A stretch of 64,000 nucleotides of DNA, taken from NCBI GenBank assembly GCA_003971905.1, contig RSEE01000021.1:620001-684000 (forward strand). The letters run 5' to 3'. This DNA is from Moniliella sp. 'wahieum' (taxonomy: Eukaryota). The translations under genes were made by a program, and so were the position numbers. The notes under the pieces were generated by a model, which was not told the origin of the DNA, did no database searches, and worked only from the letters and a program-made list of their open reading frames with translations. Shown piece by piece: positions 25,724-40,414 of this stretch; within the stretch, counting starts at the first letter, position 1, and each line of letters starts with the position of its first letter.

Positions 25724-27047
25724 ATGCCGCCATCACCCTCTCCGCCGACTTGGAGCACGTCGCCGCCCTCCTCCGCGACCCCAAGAAGCGCGTCGTCGTC
25801 TTGCCGGCGCCGGCACCTCTACCTCGGCCGGCATCCCCGACTTTCGCAGCCCCGGGACTGGGCTCTATGCCAACTTGGCTGCGTACGACCTTCCCTATCC
25901 AGAGGCTGTATTCGATCTCGAGTATTTTGAGGAGCGGCCACAGCCATTCTTCACTCTGGCCCGCGACCTCTGGCCCGGCGTCAATTACCCCCCCACCCTG
26001 ACCCACAGTTTCTACGCCCTTCTCCACCACAAGCAGCGTCTCCTCACCCTCCTCACACAGAACATCGATGGTCTGGAGCGCGCGGCCGGCGTGCCGGAAG
26101 ACAAGCTGGTCGAGGCGCATGGATCCTTTGCCACTGCCAGCTGCATTGCCTGTCGCTCCCCCGCCGACGCGGCACGGGTCAAGGCACACGTTCTCCGCGG
26201 CACGGTTGCGCGCTGCGAAAGTCCCACCTGCTCCGCCCTCAAAGCGCGCGGCGAGGCAGGCTTGGTAAAACCCGACATTGTCTTTTTCGGAGAAGGATTG
26301 CCCGCCCGATTCTTTGATCACATGGACGATGTCGAGCGCGCGGACATTATCCTCGTTTTGGGTACCAGCCTGGTGGTCGACCCGTTTGGAAGCCTGATCT
26401 ACTCGGCCAAAAAAGGAGCCACCTCAGTTCTCATCAACAGAGACCTATACCCAGCTGGGAACAAGTTCCGTTTCCGTTCCACCGGGCGCGGGAACGACGT
26501 GGCTTTGTTGGGAAGCTGCGATGATGTGGTACGGCAGTTGACCAAGTTGCTTGGCTGGGAACAAGATCTGGATAGGATTCATGCTGCCAACCTACGGCGG
26601 CACGAGAGCCGTGCAGGCGCCGCTACCCCCCACCCCTCGGCAGGACAGGCCGCAGCGAAGGCTGCGGCAGATGTGGGCCTTGTTACGGACCCTCTGGTGC
26701 CAACGCCCTCAGTAGAGGACGAGGCTGGGGAAACGGCCCAAGATACCGCAGCTGGTGCGGTAGAAGCTGCCACGGACAAAGACCTCTCTAAGAGCACGTC
26801 AGATGTGCCACTGCCGCAGCCTATCGAGGAAAATGTGGAGGCTGAGGGCCTGCTTGAGAGCCTGGCTGGACTCCACATTGGTCCTGCGTCCGATAGGAAG
26901 AACGCCAGTAGCCCTTCTCCCCACACTTCCCGCTCCGCTTCGCCCTTGCCTACTTCCGAGCACGATCAGTCTACCGCGGCATCGCCCAATGAGGCGTCTA
27001 ATGAGGCGTCCAAGGACCCCTCGAGGCCACCGCTTGCCAAGAGCTAA
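25724..27047 (+). CDS. HST2: NAD-dependent deacetylase, class I sirtuin (Hst2/SIRT2 type)
   Basis: AGAGTSTSAGIPDFRSPGTGLYANL, LPYPEAVF, TQNIDGLE, VEAHGSFATASC..C, VKPDIVFFGEGLP, LGTSLVVDPF. Start inferred at ATG 25724. Confidence 0.93.
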
Positions 27048-27579
27048 TGGGGTTTCATGGACTGATGGGTTATACCTCGTGTATGCTAGTCCTATCTCGA
27101 TGTTGGTGGGAATGATAGCCAAGTTACCACGCAAAAGATGGACTGCATCGCATGCCTCATCCGGAGGCCCAACTGCGCATGTGGTATCGTGCCTGCCGGG
27201 CTAAGTAGACATTTCCCCTCGGGGAACTTGGATAGTCAGTACTAGTTGAGCCAGTCCAAACACCCAAGGGATCTGGCAGCTCTTTGCAATGCATCGAGAA
27301 GGCCAGAGAGCAAAACGTGGTAGAGTCAAGGCTCCGTTTTGCGATGGGTTGTACATGTAAAGTGAGGCAACGCACCAGCTGCCTGTGGCTGGGGCTGTGT
27401 GACAGTACATAGGCCGGGCGTTCCACCATTACTACCTCAAGTTGGGGGACACGGCGGGGCGGAGGTGAAGGGCTAGGTCGCGTGCATTGTGGTGATATGG
27501 CAGGATACATACATTGGTGGTAGGCAGAGAGAACGAGGCGTCAACCTTCATCCTTCGACTTCAAGCTTCAGATTAAAGT

Positions 27580-29176
27580 TCAACCAGCATGCGCCACAAT
27601 CTCCGTCTGGAGCTTGCCACCGGGGAAGGTGCTTCATCTGTTCCGGCAGGGCAAGTTCTGTGAACTCGTCCGACCCTTCCTTGGGGACCGAGACGTTGAT
27701 GGCCGAGCACTTGGCCGTAACAATATCCACGTCGAGCGATTCTGCCGAGAGGTAAACCTGGCCCGAGTCGCACCCGTCCAGGAGAATGGTAGGCACTTTG
27801 CCCGTCACTTGCACCTCAAACGAAGGCGAGCGAGTAATGTCAACCGAAGCCACTACCGAATCAAATACGAGTGAGAGCTTGGTACACCCAACAATGTTGA
27901 TTTGGTTCACTTTGCCCTTGACCTGGACGGTGGTCGAGGTGCAATGGAAATATTGATCGTGTGGCCCAACTCGGTGTCTTTGATGACAATGTTCCGCTCG
28001 TTCTCTTGGTTCTCCACGATCCACTTGTTGCCTTCCAGAGCCAAGACGGGCGGCTTCTTAGCCCGCAACGAGGCCGGCTTCGACGGCACCTTGGGCCGCG
28101 CAGATGCAGTTGCATGCGGGTTCGAACTGTCCGTATGACCGCGCAACTCGGGGTTCTTGTGGGTCTTCTGCGATTCGTCCACCTTCTTGAGCCCCTTGGT
28201 GATCCCCTCGCCCTGGTTCAACTGCGCAAAGACAGCATCCATGCTGCCTGCAGGGGCAGATGCGGCAACGGGAGGAGGAGGAGGAGGTACAGGGGCACCA
28301 GGCGGGGCAGGGGGAGCAGCACCCGCCCCGGCAGCTGCACCGGGCAGTTTAAACGAGAGCGCATCACCACCCTTGGGTTCCACACCAACCCCGTAGTGTG
28401 GTACTGCTTGACGTACGCCTGAAGTGCGGTAAGAACCGCCGCCAGTGCCCGGGTCCATTCAACATGGGTCTTGTCCACGTCCTTAAACTCCTTGATCACA
28501 CGGTTGGAGTAAAACTGTGCCGCGTCCTTCATTTCACCTACGAACGGAGCAGGCTTGGGCTCGACCGCTACCCAACCCACAGCGGGCACGCCTTCCGAAA
28601 CAGCAGAGAGGTGGTTGAACAGTTTACGCTCCGCACGGTTCTTCTCGCGTACCTCGGTGGTGGCCATCACGGCGTCCTGCAACGGCTTGAGCAACTCTTG
28701 GCTCCCAGGCGTCGCAAATCCTCCGCTGGCTTCTTGCTCTCCGCAGCAGTCCAGATAAGCGCACGCTGCGCCTCAAACGTCTTGGCAAAGTCACGCGCTT
28801 GATCAGCCACCAGTCCACCGATCTGGTTGCTCAGTTCCACAAACTTGGCCAACGGCTCGTTGACGGCTTCGTCAAACGCTTCCACCACCTTGGGCTCCTC
28901 GGGCTGAGCGGGCGCAGCAGGTTCAGCCGCGGGAGGAGGGGGCGGAGGAGGAGGAGGAGGAGGGGCGAGGGCACCCCCAGAGCCAGCCGCTGCTCCAGCA
29001 GCCCCGGCAACTGCGCCGGCCGCAACAGCCGGAACAGCGGGGGCCACCGAGGGCAACGGCGCCGTGGGGGCGCCAGCAGCTTGCTGGGCCTCAGCCAGGT
29101 CCTCGAGACGAGAGGTGGCGGCCTCAAGGCGCTTGATGATCGTCGTTAGGTTACCCAGTGGGGACGGGGCGGCCAT
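27580..29176 (-). CDS. SRV2: Adenylyl cyclase-associated protein (CAP)
   Basis: N-terminal IIKRLEAATSRLEDLA, NHLSAVSEGVPAVGWV, AAQFYSNRVIKEFK, YHTTGLVWN, polyproline tracts, WH2-like VFAQLNQGEGITKGLKKV..THKNPELR, and a CARP domain (KGKVN..VPTI..ELALPEQ..V.HAG*). Confidence 0.96.
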
Positions 29177-29684
29177 GGTGGGACGGTGGGAGATGGGAGA
29201 TGGGAGATGGGGGGAAGGGATGGTCGATGGGCTGCCGTGGTGGCTGCGTGCTGGGGCGCCCAGGAGCAGCCTCATGTAGGGCCTGGGACAGGGGCAGTGC
29301 CACGTCGGCGCACCTTACGTGAGGGCGACACCTCTCACGTGACATGATGTCACTAGTCAGGGGGGATCTGCAATGTTCAAGTGCTGCTTGTCCCTCCCTC
29401 TCCCTAACTCGCACTCAGTTCCTATACCACCACACTGTTACGCCCTATACGTATACGTCGGCTCCAACCACAGCCCAACTCGTTTCGTGCTGCCAACTTG
29501 GACGCCCAAGGCTGCCTTGGGACTCGAATCGATCATATATAACCCTCGGCTCGGCTACTATTTTGGGAGACGGGTGGGGGGGGGATGGGGGAGAGCGCAG
29601 AGGGTAAGGCACACAACGCTAGAAAGCTAGGACAAAACTGCGGGCCAGGATAGCAAGCGAGAAGAAATAAAGGCGAACAGGGGG

Positions 29685-32600
29685 TCACTGGTCACCCCAC
29701 GAAGGGGGCAGCCAAGGGTCTGGAGTAAGGAGGAAAGCGCGGCCGAGAAAGGCAAGGAAACGAGAGCGGTATTGGCGGGGTAATTACAGTAGGTTCGCCC
29801 TTTCCCGAGCGTGGTAAAAGTCCTGCTTCCTTGACGAAACTTTCCACGCGCTTGTCCCACGTAAACGTGCGCACAATATCAATCATGCCAACGACGAGCT
29901 CGCCGCGTTGTTGGTCCAAGCCCACCACGCGAGTAGTCCATCACGTTCATATCGGCCAGGAAGAGCGAGTCGTTCCACAATGCAGCTTGGAGCGTGCGCT
30001 TGGAATGTTCCCGCACAAACAGCGGGTTCTGGTACGTCATCTCTAGGAAATTCTCGTCCTGCAGCACTTCGTTCGCCGCCCCTGGGCTGGACATAGCGGT
30101 TGCGCGTCGAGCCTTTGAGATCCCAAATATTCGACATCTTGTTCCCGTAGAAGAGGTTTCCAGCACAAGGCAATCCATCTTGAGCGACTTGCCCGTCTGG
30201 GGGTTTTTGAATCCAAATCGGAAACCCCAAAGATCTTGGCCAACGTCGTGGGTCGATCATGATAAAAACACGCAGACATGTACTGAAAGTAGTGAGGCGC
30301 AAACTTGGAAAACGCATCCATCTCATACCGACTCAACTGCTTGACCACTAACGGTCATCCCGTTTTCAGAAACGCAGCCCCACTTTTCCCTCCCGCCGAC
30401 TCCAAGGAACGCAACGAGAGAGTGACTCGTTGATTGATTCTTCGCACCCAGCACTTCGTCGAAGCGCCTCAAACTGCTCGGCATAAAATATGCGGCACAC
30501 AAGCGCGACGACCCGATTCGAACTCGAATCGGAGATGAGTGCCGTCGGGCTGGCATAAAGTCGCTTCAGCTGCGCCGGGTGGGCGGCGGAGGTGGAGGGA
30601 AGAGACGAGGTTCGTTTCCCACATTAGGAACGGGTGAGAGGGCCCTCTCCCTCCGCTTCGGAAGGCGCCTCTGCATTGCCTCCGGGGTTGGACAAGCTAC
30701 GCATCTTCTCTTGGTAGTTCGAACAAGAGAGGGTGAAGGCAATGATACTTGACGGTTCCTCTTCCCGTAAATCACTTGGCTGTCGGCAAAAACGTTCGGT
30801 AGGGGCCATGGGGTACTCGAGTTGCGGCGCTGGCGCGCCACTGCGCATCATCCATAACCACTAAGCGCCTTGAGCAGCAAAATTCTCTTGATGTGCAGTC
30901 TCGGCTCCTGAGAAGCCGAGTCTCTTCGGCTAGGCGGAAGCGCACTGGCAGACGCCTTGGTTTCTCAGCTTCCCCATTTCTCCATCTCGAAGGGGGTGGT
31001 GGAAGGCACATCGGAAACCTTGCTGGGCCACCGAGTCCACACTCGGCCTCCCCTCGCTGGCAGAGACGCCCCCTTCGGAAGTGGGCCCGGGAGGGTCGTG
31101 CCTCAGGGGCTGTGGTCGTGTCCGACTCTGATCCATCAGAAGAAAGCTCGTCCTCATTATCCGCATCGCCGCAAGCCCCAGTCTTGAGATAGCCTGGCCG
31201 TCCGAGGCGGTCGACTCGGAAGATGAGTCCTCGTCACGGACCACCAGGGCTTCGCGCACGTTTATCAAATACCTTGACTTTAGCTTGGGCGTAGGTGACC
31301 GGCTGGACACGGCGCATACGCGCAGCGAGAATAAGTCGTTGTCGATTCTGCTCGTTCGGCATCCCGACTCATCCGGTTATAATGCCTAGCCATGGTGGAA
31401 ACTTGTGTGCCTCCCACGCCGGAACGTCGGATGGTCTCCCTTGGACGGACCGTTGTGACCGACTCTCGTCTCCGATCTTGCACCCCCGACACGACTCTCA
31501 TCCCCGACGGCCGAACCCGGTCCGGACAAGGACGACTGTAGCTCGAAGTCCGCAACGTAGTCGGTCGGCGATGGGAGGGGGAAGTCGCCCGCGAAGGCGC
31601 CTGGGATGGGACACGACGAGGCGGTGCTGCACCGGGACCCGCACCCGTTCGACTCCTGCCCTCAGTTGTATCCGTCAAATCCGAGTCGGCGCGGTACGTG
31701 CGTGCCAAGCGACGCGAGGAGGAATTACGGCGCGAACTGCCCTCCTTGATACTGATGTTGACGTGCGTCGTTCATCGGATCCCGGGTGGTCAAATTGCCT
31801 CACAAGGCCACGAACATGCTTCCCCTCTGGATCCGTCGAGCTGTCCTCCACCTGGGAAAAGCGGTGGCGGAGAGGAGATCCCTTTGCGTTACCAGGAGAT
31901 GAGGGTCCTGATGCGCCACCGGCCCGAGACCGGCGCCAAGCTGCAGCAGAGGGCACGGTGGAAGCCAAGTTGAGTTGGCCAGGGCGCTTTTTGACGTACG
32001 AAGGGAGGTGGGAGCTACGCTGCTGCGCAGGTAAGACGGAAGAGGCTGAAACGACGCTGCGTAACCGACGTTCGCCCGAAACCAGTATCCAGCTCTGTGC
32101 TCCCCGCCCGAGAGTGGGAAACGGCAGCACGGACAGTACCCCTTCCACGCTCAGGCAAGCCAGACGACACGTCGTCAGCCTCCTGCTCGGTAGGCCGACG
32201 ACGTGAATGTGAATCCAATACCGACTTGGGATCTGTCTTGCCCTCCTCCTTGCCAGCGGGCTTTTTGAATTCAGCCCTCTGGCCACATCTTTACGTGTCG
32301 ATTCGACCGAGGTTTTGTCCTTCTTCTTTCGCTCCACTGTGCCCGTTCCTTCCTCCTTGACTGGCTCCTTGACCACCCCGTCTTTCCCACCCTTGGGAGG
32401 AACGGGAACGTCTTTCCCCTCCTTCTCACTCTTGCTAGTCTCCTTGCCCTCTTTTGCGTCCTTGGCGTCCTTGGCGTCCTTCGACTCCTTCCCTTCCTTG
32501 GAATCTTTCGCCTCCTTGCCTTCTTTCTTACGGGCCTTCTTATCCTCCCTCCGCTCCTTGCGCGGTACTTCCCCACCTTCCTGCGAAACCTCGGCGTCCG

Positions 32601-35600
32601 TAGCTTCGGGAGGGAAGCCCACCGCATCTGAAACAGAAGGAGGGGAGACCACAATTGAAGAAGGTCGACGGCCAGCATGATCTTTCGCGCCTAATGCCGC
32701 TTCGATGGATAAGGCTGCCGAAGGAGCTTCTGACGCCGGGGTAGGGAGAGGAGGCGGACCCATAATCCCCGGCGGAGGGAGCGGCTTCAACCGCGGTTTC
32801 TCCGTCTCCATCTCCTCCTCTTTCTCTGTCCGTTCGCGTGTCGGAGCCGGAGCAGGGGTAGGCGAAGGAGTGGCCCGATCTTTTTCGGAAAAGATCCGTT
32901 TCAGCGGTTGGACTGGGGTCGCTTCTCACGTTCGGGCCCAAGTAGTGTCGTTCAAAGTCGATAAAGGCCGAGTCCCACGTCACCACCTTCTCTTGCAATT
33001 GCCGCATTACACTGCTGAGAGGTAACGTGCTCGTCATAGGGTCTAGAAAAGTGTCAATGGTGTCAATGGGGTGCTCTACACAAAGGATGCAAGGCAAGGC
33101 AAGGCTAACGTACCTCTTCGTATGTGCTCACGAGCAACCGGGCAATCTCAGCGCGGTCCTCTTGGCCGACGCCTCAAAGTCAGCAAGAACAGCGGTGCAG
33201 ATTCCAAGCGTGGGGTTGGCGGTAGGTCCCGAGTAAGGGTTGGGGGTACCGAGAGGTAATGTATGAGCACCATTGTGGTGTAGGGCAGCGGTACTAGAGA
33301 CCGAATCCCGGCGCTCCTTTTCCTTTTCCTTCTCTGTACGCGAGTCGAGCATCAACTCGGTGTGCAAGGCCGAGATGCGGGTCTCGACCGAGTCCCAGAA
33401 CGACGTGGCACGATGCGAAATAGCAAGTGCCGTCTCGTTCTTCATTCGTGCTGCTGTGTCGGGACGAGTGAAGAGTTGCAGTGCCGGTACACGCACTTCA
33501 AGCGGAGTTATGATATCGGCATGCACGCGGATGGCCAAGTTGCGCAACGCAAAGTACCGTACATGGTCTGTAAACTCGTCGTGGGGACAGGCTGAGGACG
33601 CCACTCTCCCCCTTGCGTAGAGGTGCAGAGCAAGAAACTTGGCCCAGGAATAGGCCCACGACGCACCTACTCTTGCCACACGCGTCGCCGTACTACACGT
33701 CTTGCAGTACGTCCAGGTAAGTAGTACCTGTTCCTGCCCTGGTACGGGACAGACAAACCTCTCGGGGACAACTTGAACTCGAACGTCCCATGCGCATAAG
33801 CATAGTAATGCAAGATCTCATCCTGCCCGCACCCATGGGACCGGCAAGGAGAGGATGCCTGCGCACAGGCCCTTTCCAAAAACTGGCCCAGCGTCATATC
33901 TCCCTCTCCGTAGTACGTCATCCTCATAAGGGAAGGGGCAAGCAAGGCCGCTGAGCGGGCAAACTCATTTTGCTCGCGAGGACAGTCAGTTCCTGGTGCA
34001 AGAGGACTAATGTTACCTGGACAGCGGAGGAGATAGGCTTCCCACGAAGCAAGGTACTGGCCAAAGTGGAGCTGTTCCTGGGTGAACTCGGCCTGGCGGA
34101 GCACATCATCCGGGTTCTGCAACACCTTACTCAGGTCTTGCCCGCGGGGCTTCGGCCTGGCCACTGCTACTGCCGCCCCCACGGGGGTGGAGGTAGGAGC
34201 AGGGTTAACCACCGACGCAGGTGCCACCCCCGCCTGGCCATCGGAAGGAATGCTTCCCCCACTGGCGCTGCGTGGGGATACAGTTGGCGTGAGTGGGAGT
34301 GGTGCGGCGCTGTTGGCAAGCGTGGGCACGGTAGGCGCGGACGAACTGGGTTGCAGCTTCCCTGGCACAGGTGGGTGTAATTTGCTTGGGTCTGGAACAG
34401 GGGGGACAGGTAAGCCAGTTGCTGCTGCTTCCTCCAAGGTGCATGGTTCCCCCGGGGTGATGGTGAAAGGCTGGGGTGACTGGGCGAGCGGTGCACTGAT
34501 GTACCTTTATCAGCCTCCTTGGCCTCCTCTGCCGGTGGGGGGATCGTAAGCTTGGCTGCCAACGCGTCCCTTTGTTCTCCTGCCCGAATGCGCGCGACCT
34601 CCTCTTCATCGAACAGCTGCTTGAGTCGCTCAAGTGTCGCCAGCGACTCTTGTAGCTTAAACAGTGGTAGGGAGGGGGGATCCGCACACATGCACTGACA
34701 TCCACAATGATCCGGTCGTACATGTCGAGCAGGGCGCGGGTGTGGCGGGGAAAATGGGGACGAGTACCGTTAAGGTCTGGGGCTTGGATCGAGGTGGGAT
34801 GGGCGTGACTCCGCTTGGCAGCATGTAACAGTTTGGTAGCTGGAACCGCAGCGAGCGCATCGGGTGCGCCCTTCTCAGGTGGAGTGGGCCCATGAAAGTA
34901 TGCGCCCTGGTCAGTTAAAAGCCGTTCCTCAAGGTAGAGATTGCGCGCGGCATAGACCAAAAGTGGAAGATAATCTTGATTTTGCGCAGGGCGAGCGGAC
35001 CTTCGCCCGCAAGAGAACCGTGCCTGAGGTCATGCGATTGGGCCCCTCGAAACGCATCAGGGGCTTGGTTGCTTCAGGTATACCAGTGAGCGTGTAGGTG
35101 CGCACATCAAACATGGCCACTCCAAGTCGTGGGTGGAGCGCAAATCGGTCAATGGAGGTAATGATTTCTGCTTGGGTGCTGCGCGCAATTGCTTGGACTG
35201 CGCTTGGCTTGAGGTCAAAAACTACAACCACCCCAGCTGCCTCGAGAAGGTCCATAGCTGAGCGCGACACCGTATCCTGGGCCACGAGGAGGTGCGGCCT
35301 AAGGGCCAATATGCGTCGGACAAGAACACGAGTGTACTCCTGCTCCTGCGCAACGAGGTGGTCGAGCGATACGTACTCAACCCCCTCGGAGCGACCTGAG
35401 CCATACGCAATTGGAAACGAGACGATCATAACGCGTGCATTGACAAGTGGGAGTGAGCGCTGCATGGTCTTGGTGGCAACATGCTTGTTGGTGACAAACC
35501 AGATGTAGGACGTATCGGTAGGCACGCCACCAGGCAAACGCTTGACTTTGACGTACTTGCGGATATCCATGCTATCCCCCTGGGGAACATTGGGCTTGAC

Positions 35601-37420
35601 ACGTGCCACTGCCTGCCACGCAAGCGGGAGCAACACCCCGAGCCAGACTTGCCACTGGGGCACACGCGCTTCTTGCAACATCTGGGCCGCTAAGCAACGA
35701 AGATGTACAAGCGAAGCAGCTCGCATTCCTACAGCACCCACCGTGTCGGCCGGGAGAAGTTGGGCAGCGGCGGCAGCCTCCGATCCACCGGGCGCACCAT
35801 GCACTTGCACCCCCAACTCCTCAGGCCAATCGGTAGGAACCTCCTGCGTTCCCAGAGGACGAGCAATGTGGCCTGTCACGAGCCGGACCCGCGGATCGGC
35901 CGGGTCAGGCTGCAACAAAGAAGCCAGGTCAACATCGGGAAGGGGGTCCAAATCGTCCTCCAGAGACGCAGAGCCGCAGTCAGAGGTGCAATCCCAGCGT
36001 CGCGCAACAGAGACGCCACTGCCTCGGCACGGTAGCCTTGACTTACTCCGGGCAAATAGATGGTTGGCGGCAAACTGCGACTGGGGGTCTCTACTTGGGC
36101 TTTCAAGAGAGCTGATATAAGGGGGCGGCTGTGCGTCCGAGCGAAGGTCGGGGAGTGAGAGGGGGGAGAGCGCGGAGACTCCCCCCGTTCGGGGGAAGAA
36201 GAGTGTCGCTCCGAGGGCAGGTGGTGGCCGCCGCCCGATCGGCGCATGCACTGGTTGCACACCCGTACCCTCGCCACCTGGGGCGGTTGAACCGTGCACC
36301 AGGGAGAATGTGGGAGGCGCAACGGGCACAAAAAATCTGCCCACACAGACGACAGTGATGTTTCCTCCGGAAGGCGGTGAAGGGGGAAAGGCATTCCCTG
36401 CACTCCTTTACCGCGTCGTCCGACATCCAATACTGAGTGCTGCTCAGCCCTTCGCTGGGTACGCGCACTCCCTGGTTGGAGCGCAGGCCATGCAGCGCTG
36501 CACTTGGCCCAGGCGCGAGCGGGGCCGAGGCAGTAACGTGTGTCGGGGTGGCCGGCGCCGGAGAAGAAGGCAGTGTGGTCAGAGGAGATTCACAATACGC
36601 TCACCGAGAACATCGAACGAGCATCGTCAGCCAGGATATCCCGGCTCAGAGGGAAGCCCGGGACAGACGAGTGGGGGCATGGCCCCCGGCCATGGTCATA
36701 TCCAGCGTCGCGTCATCACCGTACCCTGCGCCGGGCGGGCTCTCGGGCACAGCATCCTCATCAAAGGTGATCATGGTGCCCCGCTAGCGGCACTGAAGGT
36801 ACGTGTGCGGGATGGGGCGGCAAACGCAGGGTGACGGTGGCGCTGGCCACGGCAGAGGGACCCATGGCAGGGAAAGGGAGTACGCCGTTGCGCGAGATGC
36901 GCGAGGTGCGGACGGAGCGGAGAGAGCGGCGGGGCGAGCTGGTGAGCGGGGCGGAGGGGACGTGGGGGTGCGGGTGCGTGTGTGGGTGGGGACACTGGAT
37001 GCGGGGGCGGTGGAGTCGGACGGGGGAGGGGTAGAGGCGGGCAGGTGGGATGTGGAGGCGAGCGCGGGGCGGGTGGCCACCGCCAAGGGCGAGGGAATGT
37101 CCGCGGGGCTGGAGGGGGGCTGGCTGTGTGCTGGGAGAGTCGGAGGCCGGGGCAAAGGCCGAGCGGACGCGGCTGAGCAGCGACGAGAGCGCCGAGGGCG
37201 CTGCCTCGTTGGCGTCGCGCAGCAGCCCAAACGACGTGAGCTCGGGGTGCCACGTGGGGGCGGAGGCGGCCATCGCGGCGGGCGGTGGGGGGTGCGACGG
37301 GAGGTGCGACGGCGGTGCGGGTGGTGGGGGCGGGGCTGCGTCGAGTGGGGCAGCGGCGGCAGGCGCGACGGCCACCGCCTCGGCTGCGGCGCCCTCGTCG
37401 GCGGCCGACGCTTGGGCCAT
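29685..37420 (-). CDS. FAB1: 1-phosphatidylinositol-3-phosphate 5-kinase (Fab1/PIKfyve)
   Basis: FYVE domain ([38 protein letters not shown]), CCT-like domain ([39 protein letters not shown]), CCR region ([23 protein letters not shown]), [13 protein letters not shown], and a PIPK domain ([53 protein letters not shown]). Intron 33043-33113; many frameshifts; start may instead be 37273. Confidence 0.96.
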
Positions 37421-37928
37421 TGAGCCGCCCATCGGTCGATGCGTGCGTTGGTGTCGGCCGCCCACCCGCCCGGCCGAGCAACAACATAACACGCACGGGG
37501 GGGCGCATGCACGCACACCTGCTTACCTAATCACCCCACCCGCTTTGTCCTCCTAAGTGCCTCTGAGGCCAACACAAAAAAGGCCTCATCACAATAACAA
37601 AGCGGCCGGGCGCTTGGACCAGCTTTCATAACCAGCCACAAATCTGACTACCTTGGTGCTATGTATGCCGCGATGTACCAACCACACGCGGCAGTCTGGT
37701 GAACAATCTTGGCATGGCGGTGGCCATCATAGCAAAACAATAGCATCAACAACAACCCGTGGATTATAGACAGACAAAACCGTTTGCAAGAGCCACCATC
37801 CAAAGAGAACACATGTGGGCAATGCAGGAAGAGAGGGGTACGGCGAGGATAAAAACACCAAAGATCCATACACAGCGTCAAGTGCAGGCGAAATCAGAGA
37901 ATGGTAGTGGGTGATGATAGCTTGGGCG

Positions 37929-38901
37929 CTAACACCAAACCCACTCCGTCCACGCCGGCTCCAACGAGGTGACAGTAGGAAGGAGGACATGGCGCCAGTC
38001 GGTCGCCACGGGGGCAGGGTCACTCCGCTCCGAAAGGGAAGGTTGCGATGAGGACAAAGAAGAGGGGCTACTAGAAAGCGGGGGTGGGGTTGATCCAGCT
38101 CCGTAGGAGTCTACTTCATCTGCTTCCGATGCAGGTCCAGAAGGTGATGGTGGAGAAGTCATGGGTCTGGACTGGTGGCAGTTCGGGCCAGATGGCAAAA
38201 TACCGTTGTTCCCCTCGCCCGCCGGGAGGTTCCCTGGAAACCCCATATGTGCAAGATAGCGCACGCACGTACTCGGCCCCGGCAATGTCAAAGGTGAGAT
38301 GGAGCTCGTATTGGCTCACGTGCATGCCCAAGCCATGGTGAAGCGCCTTCTCCACAGGGTCCAGGTTGGATCGTTGACCGTCCTTTGTTCTCGCATCGGT
38401 CGGGAGAGCAACCCATCCTTTTCCCCAGGTTTGTTGTTGGTTGAAGAAGACTCCTCTATCGATGGCAGCGTATCCCAGAGCGTTGCAAACGAAAAGGTAC
38501 CTTTTGAAGGACGCTGACATGTATCAAAGGTGGACCATGACACCACATCCCCTTGTTGCTCGCCCGGGGAAGAAGCTTGGTCGGCCGGGTCAGAGAGATC
38601 GGCGGACAGGTTTTGCTCGGACACAGTGCCGGGGGCGGCGTCAGTCAGAGGGAAGAGGGATGATGCAGATGTGGGATCGGCGCTCAATTTGCGTTTGTAC
38701 GAGGAATGGAACGAGCCAAGGGCAGTGGTGGCAACGGTGCTGGTGCTGCCACGGCGGTCCCAGTCCATGGAGCGGTAGGAGAAGCGGCCATCGGAGCTGG
38801 ATGCGCCCAGAGAGGATTGTGACCCCAGTGGACAGCGCAAGCGGGGGGCGTTGAGGGGGCTCAACGGGCGGCGTGTCGCAAGGAGGCGTCGTCGGGCGCA
38901 T
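37929..38901 (-). CDS. Hypothetical Ser/Pro-rich protein
   Basis: Three overlapping minus-strand ORFs (38316-38864, 38116-38520, 37929-38291) can be chained by single frameshifts from ATG 38901. No known motif recognised. Confidence 0.4.
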
Positions 38902-40414
38902 GGTTTGGCGTGCTTTGTTGGTGGTGGGGGTGAGGGAGACGCCAGAGACCCAGCTGAGAAGGGCTGCGGACAGGTGGTTGTGCTGTGGCGACGGCGGAAG
39001 ACTTATAGGCAGTGTGCACCGGGCGTCGCGTGACGCGTGACGCGCAACGCGTGACGCAGGAGGCGATGCATGTCGGATGGCCAGCGAGGGTGCAGTCGTG
39101 GGTGGCGCAGGGTAGCCCATGGCGGAGGCGGCACAGGCGCAGTGTGGGGGAGCAGCCCAAGGGTCCACGGCCAAACACTGACGCATTGGCTGGCGCTCCT
39201 TGCTGCTCTGGTTAATTTGAAATGGGAAGACGGGAGGCGGGTGCGTGGTGCGTGCTGGTGGAGCACGCACGATGCATGAGTGTGACTCGTCACTTGATCG
39301 ATCGGGCGATCCACGCCGCTCCCCGATGCGGGGGAGCGCGCCACCCGAGCCAGTCGGGATCCAGTCCATATTCGATGGGCACAAGTTAGCTATGGGAGCC
39401 TGATCGATGAGGTCATCAGGGCAGCCGCTCCGGGTTCCTCTCGCAGAAAAGCCACCCCTGCTCCCGCCCTGCACGGCCTTCAGCGCCTCAGCCTGACTGG
39501 TGGGCCGGTGATCTCACATTCATCCACCACACCCGACACCCGACAGCACCATCGTACCCACTGTACAATGGCTAATGCACTAATGGCAGCCACCAGGCAA
39601 TGAAACAGCCAGTCTCCACTCTGTACGCGCCCCCACACCTGGATCTCAGTTGTGCTTATTGTCCTGCCAAACAAGACATCGTTATGTCATTGAATCGTCG
39701 CCATCCAGTATCTCCCGCACGCTCTCCTGCCATCGCCCATTGTCGATCGCATCATGCACCGGCGTGCCTCCGTCACGCGTCATCCATCTTCTCGATCACC
39801 AGGCCATCACGAGCTGAGGCATTGACGCTCTCAGATCTGGATCTGAGGCCCAGCAGGCTTTTGAGATGGGAGGAGGTACCGTACCTCCTGCCTCCTGCCT
39901 CCTGCCTCTGCGTCGCGTGCCCTGGCCTCCGCCGCATGTGTCCTGGATCGGGGTGTGGGCGATGAACGATGAATATTGAATGGACTGGCTTGCAGATAGA
40001 TAACCTGCTGGATATCTCTCTGGACGCGCTCCACCGACCCACAACATACATCTGCAAGGAGAAGCCAGCTCACATTTCAAATCAGATTTCCAATGTTTCA
40101 TGTCCCCATAATGGGCTTATCCACCCCCCTCTCCACCTCTCTCCACCACTCCACCTCTCCCTCCACCTCTCCACCGACCTACACCCCGCGCTCCTCTCCA
40201 CCCGCTTCCACCCTCTTCTGCTGCCCACCACACCCATCCTCAGCAAGCCTCTGCGCGCTCAGTTCAGTTCAGACGTTCAGTACTCAGTGCCTCCCCTAGC
40301 TTCTATCTTCCCTCCCCCGCGCTCTGCCACAATGGGTAGAGTAGGAGGTGCGCGTAAGCATCCTTACATCGTGTCTTCATCATCAACTTCATTGCCAGCA
40401 AACATCAGTCAGCA

